The translations under genes were made by a program, and so were the position numbers. The notes below the pieces were generated by a model that did no database searches, was not told where the DNA came from, and worked only from the letters and a program-made list of their open reading frames with translations. From Thainema sp. (GTDB lineage Bacteria > Cyanobacteriota > Cyanobacteriia > Phormidesmidales > Phormidesmidaceae), in NCBI GenBank assembly GCA_052168235.1, contig JBQLZK010000036.1:1-64000 (forward strand): 64,000 nucleotides of DNA. The letters are read 5' to 3'. This document shows, piece by piece, positions 40,863 through 50,982 of this stretch; positions within the stretch are counted from its first letter, which is position 1; the number at the start of each line of letters is the position of its first letter.

Positions 40863-42128
40863 TCAGTCGCCTCCTCCCGCTTTCCAAGCCACATCTCGAC
40901 TGGTCTTCGGGTTGGGTAGCTTCAACGTAATCAGTTCCGCCAGCAACACAAACAGCGCCGATGTCCACAGACAGCCCACCAGACCAAAGAACTGAAAGAT
41001 CAGACCTGACAACACAGTTCCGGCTAATCGTCCGCCCGAATTTGCCATGTAGTAGAAGCCCACATTCAGCGCTACCTTATCGTCTTCGGTAAAGGCCAGC
41101 ACCAGATAAGAATGCACCGCTGAGTTGAACGCAAACACAATGCCAAACGCCATCAGGCCAATCACAATGGTTTGTCCAGGCGGACGGCCTGTTTGCAGAG
41201 CAAGTGCGATCGCAACAGGCATCGCCGTTAAGAATCCCGTCCAGAAGCGAATGGTCTTGGCAGTTGGCGGTTGGCCAGAACCCCAGCGTTTGAGAATTGT
41301 CGGGGCTAGGGACTGTACGATACCGTAACCAATCACCCAGATGGCCAGAAAGCCACCCACCTGCTCAAACGTCCAGTTCAGCTCGCTGTAGAGAAACACG
41401 GGCAGACCGACGACAAACCAAACATCTCTGGCTCCAAACAGAAAGAACCGCGCGGCAGAGAGAATATTGATCTCTCGACTTTTAGAAAAAAGCTGGCGAA
41501 ACTTCACTTTAGCTTTGATCTTGCCCATGCCGGACGGCAGCCATCGACTCGACAGCAGCACCAGAAAAAGCCCACCCGCCATGATCAGCAGCGCATTCAC
41601 GTAGCCGAATGCCGCCAGCAAAACGCTGCCAATAAAAAAGCCGACCCCCTTCAGGGCATTCTTCGATCCAGTCAGGATAGCCACCCACTTAAACAGCGAT
41701 GACTGAGCATCCTGCGGAATCACTAGCCGGATGGCACTTTTAGAACTCATCTTAGTCAGGTCTTTGGCAATCCCCGATAGCGCCTGCGCTGCCATCACAT
41801 AGGGAATTGCCAGCGTCAGCGCCCAGGATTCATTCACGGGTGTCATGAGCAGCAATGCGCCAATTTGCAGCGCAATGCCGCCGTACAGGGTGAGTTTTAC
41901 ACCAAACTGCGAGCCAATCCAGCCGCCGAACAGGTTCGTGACAATGCCAAAAATCTCGTAAAACAGAAACAGCATCGCCACTTCAAAGGGCGAGTAGCCA
42001 ATCGTATAGAAGTAGAGCAGCACCAGCATCCGCAGCGCCCCGTCAGTGAGGGTAAACCCCCAGTAAGCGGCTGTCACAAGAGCGTAGTTGCGAACCCCAG
42101 CTTTATCAAATGTGGTAGAAGATTCCAT
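40863..42128 (-). CDS. arsJ: Organoarsenical efflux MFS transporter ArsJ
   Basis: YWGFTLTDGALRMLVL, KDLTKMSSKS, LTGSKNALKG; adjacent to gapdh. Confidence 0.93.
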   Translation of the reverse strand: MESSTTFDKAGVRNYALVTAAYWGFTLTDGALRMLVLLYFYTIGYSPFEVAMLFLFYEIFGIVTNLFGGWIGSQFGVKLTLYGGIALQIGALLLMTPVNESWALTLAIPYVMAAQALSGIAKDLTKMSSKSAIRLVIPQDAQSSLFKWVAILTGSKNALKGVGFFIGSVLLAAFGYVNALLIMAGGLFLVLLSSRWLPSGMGKIKAKVKFRQLFSKSREINILSAARFFLFGARDVWFVVGLPVFLYSELNWTFEQVGGFLAIWVIGYGIVQSLAPTILKRWGSGQPPTAKTIRFWTGFLTAMPVAIALALQTGRPPGQTIVIGLMAFGIVFAFNSAVHSYLVLAFTEDDKVALNVGFYYMANSGGRLAGTVLSGLIFQFFGLVGCLWTSALFVLLAELITLKLPNPKTSRDVAWKAGGGD

Positions 42129-42171
42129 AGGTTGATCGGATGATGTGAACGATTACACGCCGGATCAATGA

Positions 42172-43182
42172 TTACGCCAACGAAACCGCGACCTTGCGCG
42201 CCAATTCCGCCATCCGATTGGCATAGCCCCACTCGTTGTCATACCAGGCCAGAATTTTCACCTGAGTGCCGTCCACCACCATCGTGGAAAGGGCATCAAT
42301 AATGGACGAACGAGGATCATCTTTATAGTCAATCGAGACGAGGGGACGCTCTTCATAGCCGAGAATGCCCTTCAGCTCTCCCTCAGAAGCAGTTTGCAGG
42401 AGCTGATTCACCTCTTCAACAGTGGTAGAGCGCTCAACTTCAAATACGCAGTCGGTCAGTGAGGCATTGAGTAGCGGCACCCGCACCGCCAACCCGTTCA
42501 GCTTGCCGTTCAACTCTGGATAAATCAGGCCAATCGCGGTTGCCGATCCGGTCGTCGTCGGAATTAAGGACAAACTGGTTGCCCGTGCCCGCCGCAAATC
42601 CTTATGCGGTGCATCCACAATCGTTTGAGTGTTGGTGTTGTCGTGGATGGTTGTAATCACGCCATGCTTAATCCCCAGTCCTTCATGAATTACCTTCACT
42701 ACTGGAGCGAGACAGTTCGTGGTGCAGGATGCAGCGGTTAACAGGTGATGTTCTGAAGGATTGTAGAGGTGATCATTAATGCCATAGACGATGTTGAGCG
42801 CCCCTTGCTTCACCGGAGCGGCCACAATCACCTTTTTAACGCCGCGTTTGAAGTAGGGATCAAGTAGCTCCGTCGTGCGGAACTTGCCGGAAGATTCCAA
42901 TACGATATCGACTCCTAGCTCATCCCAAGGTACATCACCGGGAGCTGAGTGTTCACTAAAGCTGATCGGTTGCCCATTGATGAGAATGCGATCGCAATCC
43001 GCCGCTTCTACCTCCGGTGCCCAGCGGCCATGTATAGAATCAAACTTGAGCAGGTGAGCCGCCGCCGCCGTTCCTCCTTTGACCTCGTTGATGTGGACAA
43101 AATCCAGCTCTGGCCAGTCCCAGGCCGCCCGCATCAGCAAGCGACCAATGCGGCCAAATCCGTTAATCGCAACTCGTGTCAT
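42172..43182 (-). CDS. ArsJ-associated glyceraldehyde-3-phosphate dehydrogenase
   Basis: [27 protein letters not shown]; in operon with arsJ-acr3. Confidence 0.95.
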   Translation of the reverse strand: MTRVAINGFGRIGRLLMRAAWDWPELDFVHINEVKGGTAAAAHLLKFDSIHGRWAPEVEAADCDRILINGQPISFSEHSAPGDVPWDELGVDIVLESSGKFRTTELLDPYFKRGVKKVIVAAPVKQGALNIVYGINDHLYNPSEHHLLTAASCTTNCLAPVVKVIHEGLGIKHGVITTIHDNTNTQTIVDAPHKDLRRARATSLSLIPTTTGSATAIGLIYPELNGKLNGLAVRVPLLNASLTDCVFEVERSTTVEEVNQLLQTASEGELKGILGYEERPLVSIDYKDDPRSSIIDALSTMVVDGTQVKILAWYDNEWGYANRMAELARKVAVSLA

Positions 43183-43346
43183 ATAACCTCTAATCCCAGG
43201 TGAATACGGAAATCGCTGCCATAAACGCCATCAACGGTTGTAGGAGCGAAGCATTCTGCCACAATCTTTTGCATTCATTACAGACGTATTGCCAGAATGC
43301 TTCGCCCCTACGGGTCGGCATAGGGCAGGTGTGAGCCACGCCTACC

Positions 43347-43372
43347 ATCAAATCAAATATATTTGATTTGAT
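43347..43372. promoter_or_regulatory. ArsR-type operator upstream of gapdh-arsJ-acr3
   Basis: Perfect 26-bp palindrome ATCAAATCAAATATATTTGATTTGAT containing ATCAA-N6-TTGAT. Confidence 0.7.
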
Positions 43373-43542
43373 CAAGCAATGCAGAATGCGTTGTCAAACT
43401 GCTTCATTAAACTTAACTATTGAATTCATCGTCTTGAGATGAAACGAAGGGTTTAACTGCTAAATCTTGATGGCAGTAGTCATATTGGCCAGGACGTTGG
43501 GAGACAATAAAAACGTTCTAGCGTTTTAACGTCTGAACGTTA

Positions 43543-44505
43543 TAGCCGTAGCCATTCTCATTAGGACGCCGCTTGCTTGAGAACCGCTTCCATTGCCTGG
43601 CGTAAACTGGTTGAGGAGGGGAGACGCTTTCGAATGCGGCTTTTTAACCAAGCCCAACACTTCTCAATGCGATTGAGGTCAGGAGAATAAGGGGGAAGAT
43701 AAACCAGGTGAGAGTTGGCGGCCTCAATCAGTTCGGCGATCCGTCCGCCTTTGTGAAAGGTGGCATTATCCACAATCACCCAGTCCCCTGGCTGCAAGGT
43801 CGGAATTAAGCAAGTTTCAAGCCAGGTCTCAAAGACCACTCGATTACAAGTTCCTTCAATGGTAAACGGAGCAATCAGCTCAGTGCCTCGATAGCCCGCG
43901 ATCATATTGACTCGCCCGTGGCGTTGGCCAGATTTGAGGTCGTAAACTCGTTCACCGATAGGGGCATATCCATAGCCGTAGTCGTCGCGCTCATCCATGC
44001 CCGATTCATCGACATAGACTCAATGAGTCGCCTTTGGATCGCCGAGTTGAGCTTGAAACTCAGCCCGTTTCCCCTCGTCTCGTTGGCAGTAGCCATAGGT
44101 CTTTTTTTTCGCGTAAAGCCAATCTTTTGCAATGCCCGAGACATCGTTCGTTGGCTGATGGGGTCGGGCCACAAGGCGGCCATCTCCGCTTGCGTTTTGT
44201 CTTGATGCTGCTTGACAAAGCTGCGAAAGGCATCCCAGTCTTTGATTTTGGCTCTTGGATTGGCAGTTGTCCTGACGTTGGCTTTGAGATGCCCTAGTTC
44301 AGCCTTTTGCCGATACCAGCGGTTTATTGTATTGCGGCTGATGCCAAATCCTTCACTCACCTCACTTTTCTTGAGGCCGTTTAACTCAATCGCGTCGATC
44401 ACTTTTTGCCGAAAATCTTCGCTGTAGGGTTGAGCCATCCAATTCCAAGCGCAAAATACTACCTCTTAACCCTAGCTTATGTCCTAACCTAAGTGGCTAC
44501 AGCTA
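43543..44505 (-). mobile_element. IS630-family insertion sequence
   Basis: TIRs TAGCCGTAGCCA.../...TGGCTACAGCTA, flanking TA dinucleotides, two-ORF transposase. Confidence 0.93.
43561..44438 (-). pseudogene. IS630 transposase (frameshift-joined HTH + DDE) with premature stop
   Basis: A8G slippery site at 44101-44109; the -1 frame reads KTYGY...ATH*VYVDESG (TGA at 44022-44020), then DNATFH and YSPDLNRIE. Confidence 0.85.
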
Positions 44506-44636
44506 TAGATTGCGTCATTGTCTCAAGCAAGTAGCGACGACTATAGCGATCGCACAGGTCTGAGGCACACAGCTCCTGCTTTCTTGACAGTCCAACGATC
44601 TGAAGCCGGAGAAAATCGAATAACGTTCAAGCCGCT

Positions 44637-44690
44637 ATTCAACGAAACTTGATGTATCGACGAGAGACTTACCATCAAGTTTCGTTGAAT
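44637..44690. terminator. Stem-loop downstream of the histidine kinase gene
   Basis: ATTCAACGAAACTTGATG...CATCAAGTTTCGTTGAAT, 18-bp stem. Confidence 0.55.
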
Positions 44691-44721
44691 TGACATTCCT
44701 GCTACTAAAAACTGATGACTT

Positions 44722-46749
44722 CTAAAATTTTTGGATCTCTTTCCTGAACAGCGGCAAGCGAACCGTAAACGTTGCGCCTTGGTTCTCGCCTGGGCTGTCC
44801 ACCTGAACGGTGCCACCATGCAGCTCCACTAAATGGCGCACAATCGCCAACCCCAACCCCAGGCCGCCAAACTTGCGCGTTGTTGTCCCGTCTTCTTGTC
44901 GGAAATATTCAAACACATAGGGCAGAAAATCAGGGTGAATACCTTTGCCAGTGTCTGTGACGATAATTTGAGCATAAGCGGGTGGAGAGGTAGGTGGGAA
45001 GGTGAGTTGGCGAGTAGATGGGTTATCTCCCACTCTCCCACTCTCCCACTCTCCTACTCCCTCGCGCTCCCATGCTCCCACGCTCCTACTCTTTCCCTCA
45101 ATCTGCCCTAACTTCACCTCAACTCGTCCACCCTCATCCGTGAACTTCACGGCATTGCTGAGCAAATTCCAGACTACTTGCTGTAGGCGAATCGTGTCTC
45201 CCAAAACTGGCCCCACCGTTTGATCAAAGATAGTTTCAATTTCGAGGGACTTCGCTTCTGCCGCTAATTGCACTGTTTCAATTGCGGATTCAATGATCGG
45301 CACCAAGTTAACCGGAGCCATATTGAGGCTCAGTTTACCTCGCATGATGCGAGTAATATCTAAGAGATCCTCGATCAGCTGAGTTTGCAGCTTGGCATTT
45401 CGCTCAATTGCTTCTAAGGCAAACGTTGTTCTGGCCGCATCTAATTTTCCACCCTGAAGCAATCTAGACCAGCCGAGGATGGGATTAAGTGGCGTCCGCA
45501 ACTCATGCGAGAGCACCGCTAAAAATTCATCTTTTACGCGATTAGCCGATTCAGCTTCCTCTCTGGCCGCTTCCGCCTGCATTAAGTTTTCAGTTCGTTC
45601 TTGTTCTCGCTGTGATAGCAGATTAGCGGCAAATTCCAGCGACTGTCCTAATACAACGATTTCTCGAATCGAGGAGTTACTGACCTGCGGATGTTCACCT
45701 CTAGCCAATGCTTCCGCCGCTAGAGCTGCTGAGGTGATGCTGCGAGAAATCTGGCGGGAGAGAATCAAAGCTCCAATGCCGCTGACCAGAAGGAGGGCCA
45801 AACCAGATCCAATCACTAGGCCCATTGCCTTTTGAGTGGGTTGCTGAATCACATCAACGGGTACGGTGACGGCAACTGTCCAAGGTAGATCGCGCACTCG
45901 GCAGAAGGCGACATACACTTTTACCCCATCTAGTGTCTTATTTCGAAAGATTCCCTCGGTTGTTTTGCCAATATTTTCGAGAAACGATGGTGTGCCACGC
46001 TGACCGACAAAGCGTTCCGGATCGCGAGTGCGAGCAACAACGATGCCTTGACCATCGACAATTGTGCGCGTCCATTCGCCATCGACTGGGTTCTGCTCAT
46101 CCACGACATCAGCGAGAGCTTGAGGTGCGATCGCAGCTGTCAGAACATACTGCAACTCGCCTTCATGTACCACGGGTACTCGTACTGGGAAAGCCAGATT
46201 TTGTCCTATTTGCCCAAGCGCCAGATCGCCAACTGTGGGTTGTCTCGTCTCAATCAGTCGCTGCAGGCTGGCTGGCTCATTCACGGAAGGTAAAGGCTTA
46301 CCCAGAGGTTGTCTGCTGTTCATGAGCTGTTGCCCATCGGGTGATATCAGAATCACGGTCAACCAAGTTGGTTCTGTCTGGGTGACTCGCCTCACCTCGT
46401 CATAGAATCCTTTTAGATTGCCTTGGTAAAGCTGTTCAGAGGCTGCGAGTGCCTGAAGGGTATGAGTGGTGCTTGAAAGTTCGCGCTCAACCGTCGAGGA
46501 CAGGGTACGGGCAGATCGCAGCATTCGTCGTTCTGAGGCGGCCTGTTCCTGATTGGCTAGTTGATAGACGACAATAACGGCAAATAATACGACGGGCAGT
46601 AACGTTCCTGCTACGAGCAGAATAAGATACCACCTAAGCGAGAGCATTCGCCCACCCAACAGTGTGGGATAGGGATGCTGATGAGGAGACGGAACCCACT
46701 TAAGAAGTGCGCTTAAGAATCGAGTCCGCGTAGGCTTTTCTTCCGCCAT
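44722..46749 (-). CDS. Membrane sensor histidine kinase (Cache-type periplasmic domain, HisKA, HATPase; no receiver)
   Basis: 2 TM, SHELRTPL, NLLSNAVKFT, GGLGLGL. Confidence 0.9.
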   Translation of the reverse strand: MAEEKPTRTRFLSALLKWVPSPHQHPYPTLLGGRMLSLRWYLILLVAGTLLPVVLFAVIVVYQLANQEQAASERRMLRSARTLSSTVERELSSTTHTLQALAASEQLYQGNLKGFYDEVRRVTQTEPTWLTVILISPDGQQLMNSRQPLGKPLPSVNEPASLQRLIETRQPTVGDLALGQIGQNLAFPVRVPVVHEGELQYVLTAAIAPQALADVVDEQNPVDGEWTRTIVDGQGIVVARTRDPERFVGQRGTPSFLENIGKTTEGIFRNKTLDGVKVYVAFCRVRDLPWTVAVTVPVDVIQQPTQKAMGLVIGSGLALLLVSGIGALILSRQISRSITSAALAAEALARGEHPQVSNSSIREIVVLGQSLEFAANLLSQREQERTENLMQAEAAREEAESANRVKDEFLAVLSHELRTPLNPILGWSRLLQGGKLDAARTTFALEAIERNAKLQTQLIEDLLDITRIMRGKLSLNMAPVNLVPIIESAIETVQLAAEAKSLEIETIFDQTVGPVLGDTIRLQQVVWNLLSNAVKFTDEGGRVEVKLGQIEGKSRSVGAWEREGVGEWESGRVGDNPSTRQLTFPPTSPPAYAQIIVTDTGKGIHPDFLPYVFEYFRQEDGTTTRKFGGLGLGLAIVRHLVELHGGTVQVDSPGENQGATFTVRLPLFRKEIQKF

Positions 46750-47000
46750 CTAGTTCTCACAAGGCGCACTGTAGAGCAAATTTGAAAAAGCTGCGATCGC
46801 ACTACCCAAAAGAATGCTCATCGTCACTCTCCAACCGTTATTGGTGCAATCACTATATTAATGTATGTCTCTGGGACGGTCTCGAATTCGATCAGGCTGC
46901 TCATCACTCAATCTGCCAATCTGCGATCGCACTTTGAAACCCAAAAGGGATAGGTTGCTGCCGCGATGCGGCAGCAACCTATCCCTCTTAAAGAAAGTTG

Positions 47001-47408
47001 TTACTTACCTTCTTCGATCTGAGGTGGTTCGACATCAATGGTTTGGACATCTACCGTTTCAACCTCTACGTCAATTGTGCCCGGTGGCGTGAGGCGGTGA
47101 ACTTCGCCCGATTCGGCTTTGAGGGGTTCGCCGCAGCTTGGGCAGCGAAATTGAGCATTATTAATCGTTGTGAGGCTGTAGTCACAAACGGGGCAGTTGT
47201 CTTCCACTAAATTGCGGCGCAGCCACCACTGCAAGCCCAGGAACGCGAAAACAGGAGCCAGAATAATGAAGGCCAGTAGCACAAAAAACGACTTGACCAG
47301 CCAACCTAGCCCCACGGAACCCAGCAGCCAGATGATCGCAAACAGAGCGATCCAACAGCCAAGGCCAGAAAAATTGAACTGCACATTGCGAAAGTTATTG
47401 GGGTTCAC
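47001..47408 (-). CDS. Conserved hypothetical membrane protein with Zn-ribbon
   Basis: 2 TM followed by CPVC...CPSC. Confidence 0.8.
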   Translation of the reverse strand: MNPNNFRNVQFNFSGLGCWIALFAIIWLLGSVGLGWLVKSFFVLLAFIILAPVFAFLGLQWWLRRNLVEDNCPVCDYSLTTINNAQFRCPSCGEPLKAESGEVHRLTPPGTIDVEVETVDVQTIDVEPPQIEEGK

Positions 47409-47587
47409 GGTGGGGCAGACTCCTTACGATCCAATCGAGTACGCGATTTGAAGTTGAAAGATGCGATCGCGCATTGCGTACGGAATCCGGATGCCGGATG
47501 CCATACTCCTTTTCTTAGCATAGGAGACGCGTGCTGAATTGAAAGGTACGGCATTCCTAACTTGTATGTATGTTCACATCCTGCTTA

Positions 47588-47685
47588 AAAAAGCTAATAT
47601 TGCCGCCGCGATGCGACGGCAATATTAGCTTTTCGAGTTTATTTTTCGTGAAATGTTTGCTAAGCAAACATTTCACGAAAAATAA
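47588..47685. repeat. GCCGCGATGCG-core hairpin followed by palindrome family P copy
   Basis: AAAAGCTAATATTGCCG..CGGCAATATTAGCTTTT and a 22-bp stem at 47639-47685; similar core hairpin at 46948-46990. Confidence 0.75.
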
Positions 47686-47712
47686 CCAGTGGGTTCTCAA
47701 GCGGATTTCCTA

Positions 47713-48369
47713 TTAGACGCTGGCAAAGAGTTCTGGAATGTCGTGCTGGGGTGCGGTGGGGCTGGCGACGATCTCGACAATTTTGTTGTTAGCGGTTTCA
47801 TGGAGCAACGCCTGAACGGCAACTTGAGCCACTTTGGCACGGGGAATACTGCCCTCAAACAGCGTGTCTGCCGAAGACATCAGAATCGGATCGGCGTTAT
47901 CTTCCTCTTTCAAGCCACCGGGACGCACAATCGTGTAGGTTAAACCACTCCGCCCCAAATATTCCTCGGCCTGCTTTTTCCAAACCAGAATCAAGCCAAA
48001 CAGATTCAGCGGATGGAAGAACTTGGAGACGCACAGCGACGACACAAGGATAAACGGCTGGATATTTTTCGCTTTTGCCGCATCAACTAAATGCTTAGTG
48101 CCAACAAAATCGACTTTGTAGGGGCCAGTGAGATCAAAACTAGGCGCTGCACCCGTCGCACAGATGATGGCCGTGCAATCTGCGATCGCAGCCTCTAATG
48201 TTTCCGGTTTTAGAACATCACCAACGACCAGTTCCGCCGCCGCTGGTAAGAGCCGCTGACCTTTTTCTAAATTACGCACCAGTGCCCGCACGGGGATATT
48301 GTGCTCGACCAGCAGTTCTACAACACGTCGGCCTGTTTGACCTGTTGCCCCTGCGACTAGTACTTTCAT
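47713..48369 (-). CDS. Atypical SDR / NAD(P)H-binding oxidoreductase
   Basis: VLVAGATGQTG, ILVSSL, YTIVRPGGL. Confidence 0.92.
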   Translation of the reverse strand: MKVLVAGATGQTGRRVVELLVEHNIPVRALVRNLEKGQRLLPAAAELVVGDVLKPETLEAAIADCTAIICATGAAPSFDLTGPYKVDFVGTKHLVDAAKAKNIQPFILVSSLCVSKFFHPLNLFGLILVWKKQAEEYLGRSGLTYTIVRPGGLKEEDNADPILMSSADTLFEGSIPRAKVAQVAVQALLHETANNKIVEIVASPTAPQHDIPELFASV

Positions 48370-48395
48370 CTCGATTACTCCCACAACTTTTTCTA

Positions 48396-48604
48396 CTCAC
48401 ATCTTGCACCAAAACCCAAAAGGGTGACTTGACCACTGCATTGCAGCGGCCAAGTCACCCTTCTGAGTAGTCTGTCAACTTGTTTTTAATGGGTTTTGAT
48501 GGTTGATGTGCTGCGCTGAGCGCAGCACATCAACCATCAAAACTTACTTTACAGAGTACTGAGTCTTATTCGCACGTTTTATAAGCTGAGGTGCAAGATA
48601 GCGA
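48396..48604. mobile_element. Family E MITE carrying a nested family M MITE (48468-48558)
   Basis: Outer TIRs CTCACATCTTGCACC/GGTGCAAGATAG; inner 91-bp element between CTGAG direct repeats. Confidence 0.78.
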
Positions 48605-48989
48605 ACTGTAGCCAGTGATGCACCTGCTGTAGGCATGGTTTGTTATCAAGAAGAAACGATTTGCCCAGTCTTCAGCATAATGTTACAAATCTACAAGAAT
48701 CCTGGAATATACGGGATGAAACTGAATGAATTAGCAGTCACGCAATTAGATTTGAGGTGGTCTTTCCGTGAATTAGCTGTAGATGCCTTCTATAGACTCA
48801 GGATATGCTGATTATCAGAGTGACACCCTAGCTGTGCAGCTACACAGCCGTTCCTGCTAACCTAGCAACTTCGACTTCAACAGCTTAGCTGCTCGTCGAT
48901 TTTTATCTCACTCTGATTTTCCTGTTCTCTGTACGCTATCGTTTTCCACCAATCAGACCACAATCAGAACTCCCGTTATCAAAAGTTCT

Positions 48990-49676
48990 ATGCAATCGTC
49001 CTTCAATCCCCGCTCAGTAAATACTGCCGACGCTGTATTTTTTCCCGATGCAGGTGTTATCGATGCAGGTCAGGTCAATCAGCAAGAGGTCTCGACTCAG
49101 GTTGCATCCGATCCGATTCAGTTCCACGGCAGCTACATTGGCAGCATGGAAATGAACGCCGATCCTGACACCGTCGCCAAATATCTCGACGTTCATCAGG
49201 AATGGTTCCACCGCTGCGCTCATCCGATGACCGTAGATGCGATCGCAACCAACGGTTACGCAATCACCATTGGTCGCTACGGCTCATTTGGCTACGAGGT
49301 CGAACCCAAAGTTGGTCTACACTTACTCCCTCAAGACGAAGGAGTGTATCGGATTCAAACTATTCCCGTTCCCGGTTATGAACCACCTGGATACGACGTT
49401 GACTTCCAGGCTGCGCTACAGCTCAAGGAGGGCACACCAGAACCCGGTACGGGCATTGAGATTACCACCCATGTCGAATGGGATTTAGATCTCAAGGTCT
49501 ACATCAAATTCCCCCGCTTTATCCGGGCACTGCCGATGTCGCTGATTCAGTCTACGGGCGACAAGCTCCTGAATCAGGTTGTCCGCCAGGTTTCCCGCCG
49601 TCTGACCTACAAAGTCCAGGAAGATTTTCACTCCACTCGGGGTCTTCCCCTACCGAAGTCAGCTAAGAAACGCTAG
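48990..49676 (+). CDS. DUF1997-type conserved cyanobacterial protein
   Basis: YLDVHQEWFHRCAHPM, YEVEPKVGL, RRLTYKVQEDFH. Confidence 0.8.
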   Translation: MQSSFNPRSVNTADAVFFPDAGVIDAGQVNQQEVSTQVASDPIQFHGSYIGSMEMNADPDTVAKYLDVHQEWFHRCAHPMTVDAIATNGYAITIGRYGSFGYEVEPKVGLHLLPQDEGVYRIQTIPVPGYEPPGYDVDFQAALQLKEGTPEPGTGIEITTHVEWDLDLKVYIKFPRFIRALPMSLIQSTGDKLLNQVVRQVSRRLTYKVQEDFHSTRGLPLPKSAKKR

Positions 49677-49691
49677 CAGCACTCAATTTTA

Positions 49692-49732
49692 CAAAACGAA
49701 AGCGGACAGCAGTGCTGTCCGTTTTCGTTTTG
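49692..49732. terminator. Probable bidirectional terminator
   Basis: CAAAACGAAAGCGGACAGCA..TGCTGTCCGTTTTCGTTTTG between convergent genes. Confidence 0.65.
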
Positions 49733-49799
49733 GGTAGTTTTGATTGGGCCAGGATAAACGTTATGTAGGGGCAAATGGCCATTTGCCCCTAACCCAGCA

Positions 49800-50963
49800 T
49801 TAAATTCGCTGATCCAGCACTCTATCAATCAGGCGCGTGACCTCCGTTGCCATGCGGGCATCGGCACGGCGGGCTTCTTCATCGGGATCGCTAAGGGCTT
49901 GGGCCACCAGCAGCGTGAAGCTGAAGCTGTGCGCCGTACCGGAGACGGGCAAGCCAAATTGAACAAAGGTCGTGTAGCTGAGTTCAGTGCGATCGCGGAT
50001 TTGGCTGCGGCCAAAGCCCAGCTTAGACAGGATAACTGGACGGACAGGTTCAACGCCCAACTGTTTGAAGGCCAGATCCACATAGCGAGCCGGATCTCGG
50101 CCTAGCGGCGTGACCAGGCTGGAGAGACTATGCCACTGCGCTCCCGGTAGACGACTGGTGGCGGCCAAATGCCAGTGCCAGCCCAGCATCGTCATTAGCC
50201 GCGTCAGGTCGTAGGCAGAAATTGCGTTGTTACCGCGATGCTCCACATTCGGTGTTGTCAACACAACTCGATTGGTCACGGGATTGACCAGTTCCGGCTG
50301 CTGAAAAAACGGCGGTTCCCCATAGCGGCCCTGAAACATGAGCTGGTGATTACCCGTCAGCTCCCGCAGCCACTGCTGGAGACTCAGCGGCGTGTTGAAA
50401 CGCTTCAGGCCCGCAGAGATGGCGTTGGAACTGCCGATAGTGGCGGCATAGGTGACAACGTCATCGGCCAGTTGAGAAAACTGATAGCTGCTTGCGTTGC
50501 CGCGATCGCGAATCCAGAGTTGATCGATGGGCGTAGTCGGTAACAGGCGATTGGCGCGCGTAATCAGATTCAGCAGCGGCACAATTTTGGTCGTACTCCA
50601 AAACTCCACGTTGCTCAGCGCTTGCCGCCCAAACCACTGGGTGCGGATGGGTTCCGCTTCTGATACCGCCATCCCCAGGCATAAACAAGCCTGCTTGACA
50701 TCGGGATGGAGGAAATCTAAGCCCTCCGGCTCAATCACAGGCCGCACATTGATCTGCGGATAGGGTTGCGATCGCACATCTTGACGAGTCGGAATCTGCG
50801 ATCGCGACCGAAGCCGATTGCTGTAAGCATCAACGGCAGTGCGGTAGGGTGATTGTTCAATGCCTCGATCCAAAAAGGCCAGCTTTGCAGCATTAAATTC
50901 CGCTTCCTGGGCCAAAAAGTACTGATACAGTTCGTCATCGGAAAGGGGCTGGCGAAATGACAT
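49800..50963 (-). CDS. Conserved hypothetical protein (possible beta-lactamase-like fold)
   Basis: 387-aa ORF with SxxK (WSTTK), SSN and SKLG motifs. Confidence 0.7.
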   Translation of the reverse strand: MSFRQPLSDDELYQYFLAQEAEFNAAKLAFLDRGIEQSPYRTAVDAYSNRLRSRSQIPTRQDVRSQPYPQINVRPVIEPEGLDFLHPDVKQACLCLGMAVSEAEPIRTQWFGRQALSNVEFWSTTKIVPLLNLITRANRLLPTTPIDQLWIRDRGNASSYQFSQLADDVVTYAATIGSSNAISAGLKRFNTPLSLQQWLRELTGNHQLMFQGRYGEPPFFQQPELVNPVTNRVVLTTPNVEHRGNNAISAYDLTRLMTMLGWHWHLAATSRLPGAQWHSLSSLVTPLGRDPARYVDLAFKQLGVEPVRPVILSKLGFGRSQIRDRTELSYTTFVQFGLPVSGTAHSFSFTLLVAQALSDPDEEARRADARMATEVTRLIDRVLDQRI

Positions 50964-50982
50964 AGACGTACCGAATTTATCG

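Noticed and set aside
44541..44721. Frameshifted receiver domain after the 675-aa kinase
   Set aside because: No REC-like motifs recognised downstream; the region holds a stem-loop instead
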